Source of the DNA: Candidatus Saccharimonadota bacterium
GTDB lineage: Bacteria > Patescibacteriota > Saccharimonadia > Saccharimonadales > Saccharimonadaceae
Assembly: GCA_001029695.1 (NCBI GenBank)
Contig: CP011211.1
Location: 510,001 to 542,000 of the forward strand
Direction: 5' to 3'
Length of the DNA: 32,000 bases
In this document: in pieces, positions 30,765-32,000 of the stretch
How positions within the stretch are numbered: the first letter of the stretch is position 1
Layout: the number at the start of each line of letters is the position of its first letter
The notes under the pieces: model-generated
What the model saw: only the letters and a program-made list of their open reading frames with translations
Told to the model about the DNA's origin: nothing
Databases searched by the model: none
Position numbers and translations under genes: made by a program

Positions 30765-30790
30765 AAAAACCGCCCCAGAGATGAGGCGGC
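30765..30790 (-). terminator. Rho-independent terminator after the 68-aa gene
   Basis: The minus strand reads CCGCCTC-atctct-GGGGCGG followed by TTTTT, 24 nt after the stop at 30814. Confidence 0.65.
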
Positions 30791-30813
30791 TACTGTGACT
30801 ATAATCGAAGTGA

Positions 30814-31020
30814 TTATTTTTTCTTTGAGATTGTAAGGAATCCGTTGCGTGGATTTTCCTTAACAACACGGTCTTCTGGAAGATCTGTTGGTTCACCCTT
30901 TTCATTCTTCTCTACCTTTGCGAAGAAGTAGATAGTCTGTGGTTTGCCACCACGGAGTGTTACATCGGTCTTATGCAAGTAGTATGTAATTCCCTTTGAG
31001 TTTGTGTGACTGTAAGCCAT
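30814..31020 (-). CDS. Small conserved-looking hypothetical protein (68 aa)
   Basis: The sequence is MAYSHTNSKGITYYLHKTDVTLRGGKPQTIYFFAKV... GGAGGT lies 10 nt upstream and it has its own terminator. The pattern resembles small hypothetical proteins seen in many bacteria, but I cannot name the family. Confidence 0.6.
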   Translation of the reverse strand: MAYSHTNSKGITYYLHKTDVTLRGGKPQTIYFFAKVEKNEKGEPTDLPEDRVVKENPRNGFLTISKKK

Positions 31021-31089
31021 ATGGTCTTATACCTCCTGTTAGTGCTATACAAGGGTAAGATTACAGCGCCGAACGCTCGGTGTCAACAC

Positions 31090-31743
31090 CTAGAGCTCTC
31101 TGTTGTTCATCTTGAGGATCAACCTTAGTACAACCAACCCAACCATTCGAGCAACAATAACGAATAAAATCAGCAGACAGATCAACACTGAAAAGCCTGC
31201 AAAATCAGGCGACCAGAGCGGCGACGCAAAGCTATGACGATATGCATCTGCCTTTGGTAGGGCTATCTTCGTCACCGGCCCTTCAGCAGGCCCAAAACGG
31301 TCTAGCTCAGAGATAACACACTGTTGATACGCCTGAGAATAGCTACCGAGATTCTGATACCGAGGCCGACAGATGTCCTGCACTTTCTTAAAGACACTGC
31401 TATCTGGACTTGTATCATCAGACTGAGCATCGATGATTTTTTGACTGTCTCGCTTGTACTGACCCTCAAGGTAGATCGTTCCCATGTCTGCGTTCATATG
31501 AGTTGCAACATACCGTTGTAGATCGTACAATCTTGCCTGCGTAACTTCGAGATTGTCTTCCTGATCTGCACTAAGCACCGCCTTGCGACGCTCGTCCATA
31601 CCGATATTATTGAGACGTAAAAATGTTGCCGCGATAAAACCCACAAGTAATAGAAGCACAAAAAGCTGCCACGTTTTGACTCGTTGCAGTTGTCGTATAT
31701 TTCTCTTTACTTGTCGCTTATCTGCCACGTGAAAGTATCCCAC
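31090..31743 (-). CDS. Hypothetical bitopic membrane protein (217 aa, N- and C-terminal TM helices)
   Basis: Hydrophobic segments WQLFVLLLLVGFIAATFL and FAGFSVLICLLILFVIVARMVGLVVL flank a soluble domain with a Cys pair. No family recognised. Confidence 0.55.
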   Translation of the reverse strand: MGYFHVADKRQVKRNIRQLQRVKTWQLFVLLLLVGFIAATFLRLNNIGMDERRKAVLSADQEDNLEVTQARLYDLQRYVATHMNADMGTIYLEGQYKRDSQKIIDAQSDDTSPDSSVFKKVQDICRPRYQNLGSYSQAYQQCVISELDRFGPAEGPVTKIALPKADAYRHSFASPLWSPDFAGFSVLICLLILFVIVARMVGLVVLRLILKMNNREL

Positions 31744-31779
31744 TCATTTACTCTTTTAGTATACCATGAGCATGTTCAA

Positions 31780-31998
31780 CTACTTACGATAGAGCTGGAA
31801 CCGAGGAAAGGCAATGCCAAGCGTATATATAGCTGCGACGCCGAAGAAAACTTGCATACCAAGAACAGTATTGGCTGAAAAAATCCACAAACACAGCGCA
31901 AATACCAAGCAAGCAAGTACACTGCCGACGTTCAGTGCAAGCTCTATTAAGAACATGTAGGCAATCCGCTTACCTGTCATATCTGCAGTATCGAACAT
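31780..31998 (-). CDS. Small membrane protein (72 aa if ATG 31998 is the start; it abuts the window end)
   Basis: It has two hydrophobic helices. The start is 2 nt from the window edge, so upstream signals cannot be assessed. Confidence 0.35.
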   Translation of the reverse strand: MFDTADMTGKRIAYMFLIELALNVGSVLACLVFALCLWIFSANTVLGMQVFFGVAAIYTLGIAFPRFQLYRK

Positions 31999-32000
31999 AC

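Noticed and set aside
1-32000. CRISPR arrays, tandem repeats, IS elements, rRNA, reverse transcriptase or DGR/retron-like modules, and toxin-antitoxin pairs.
   Set aside because: Reading both strands, I saw no regularly spaced direct repeats, transposase or integrase motifs, RT motifs (YxDD) or rRNA-like sequence. I found only isolated hairpins and palindromes, which are reported above. This absence is by eye only and was not computed.

Overview
The window reads as one contiguous chromosomal stretch of a compact bacterium with mid-40s to about 50% GC. Gene content and protein style suggest a Saccharibacteria/CPR-like organism; this is my inference and no database search was run. Positions 1-10.6 kb are a minus-strand housekeeping run: grpE (partial), hrcA with a CIRCE operator, a small Tat-signal-like ORF, tatC, tatA, gmk, lepA, murJ, ftsH, tilS and an untracked 58-aa membrane ORF. 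Positions 10.7-17.7 kb hold an alpha/beta hydrolase, a Y-family DNA polymerase translationally coupled to an unknown 90-aa ORF, and an orphan gene behind a strong promoter. The same stretch holds a fasciclin-DipZ-hydrolase operon divergent from a MarR gene. Positions 17.7-19.6 kb encode a 633-aa chimera of a tail-fibre-like N-terminus, a DUF2961/GH172 core and a ConA-like C-terminus. Positions 19.7-26.3 kb hold a PadR unit with a double palindromic operator, tRNA-Met, and a polytopic protein with a pilin-like C-terminal domain. They also hold a membrane/ATP-cone/unknown operon and an Lpd-like flavoprotein lacking both redox cysteines. Positions 26.3-32 kb are an accessory-looking mosaic of orphan genes with their own promoters and terminators, tRNA-fMet, an FtsB-like gene and a probable tRNA-Ile2(CAT). 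The strongest anomaly is a roughly 60-70% GC two-ORF cassette at 28076-28668 beside tRNA-fMet. It has a native-looking AT-rich promoter and a 22-bp perfect palindrome. I saw no CRISPR array, transposase, integrase or rRNA. All family calls come from motif recognition by eye and need HMM/BLAST confirmation.
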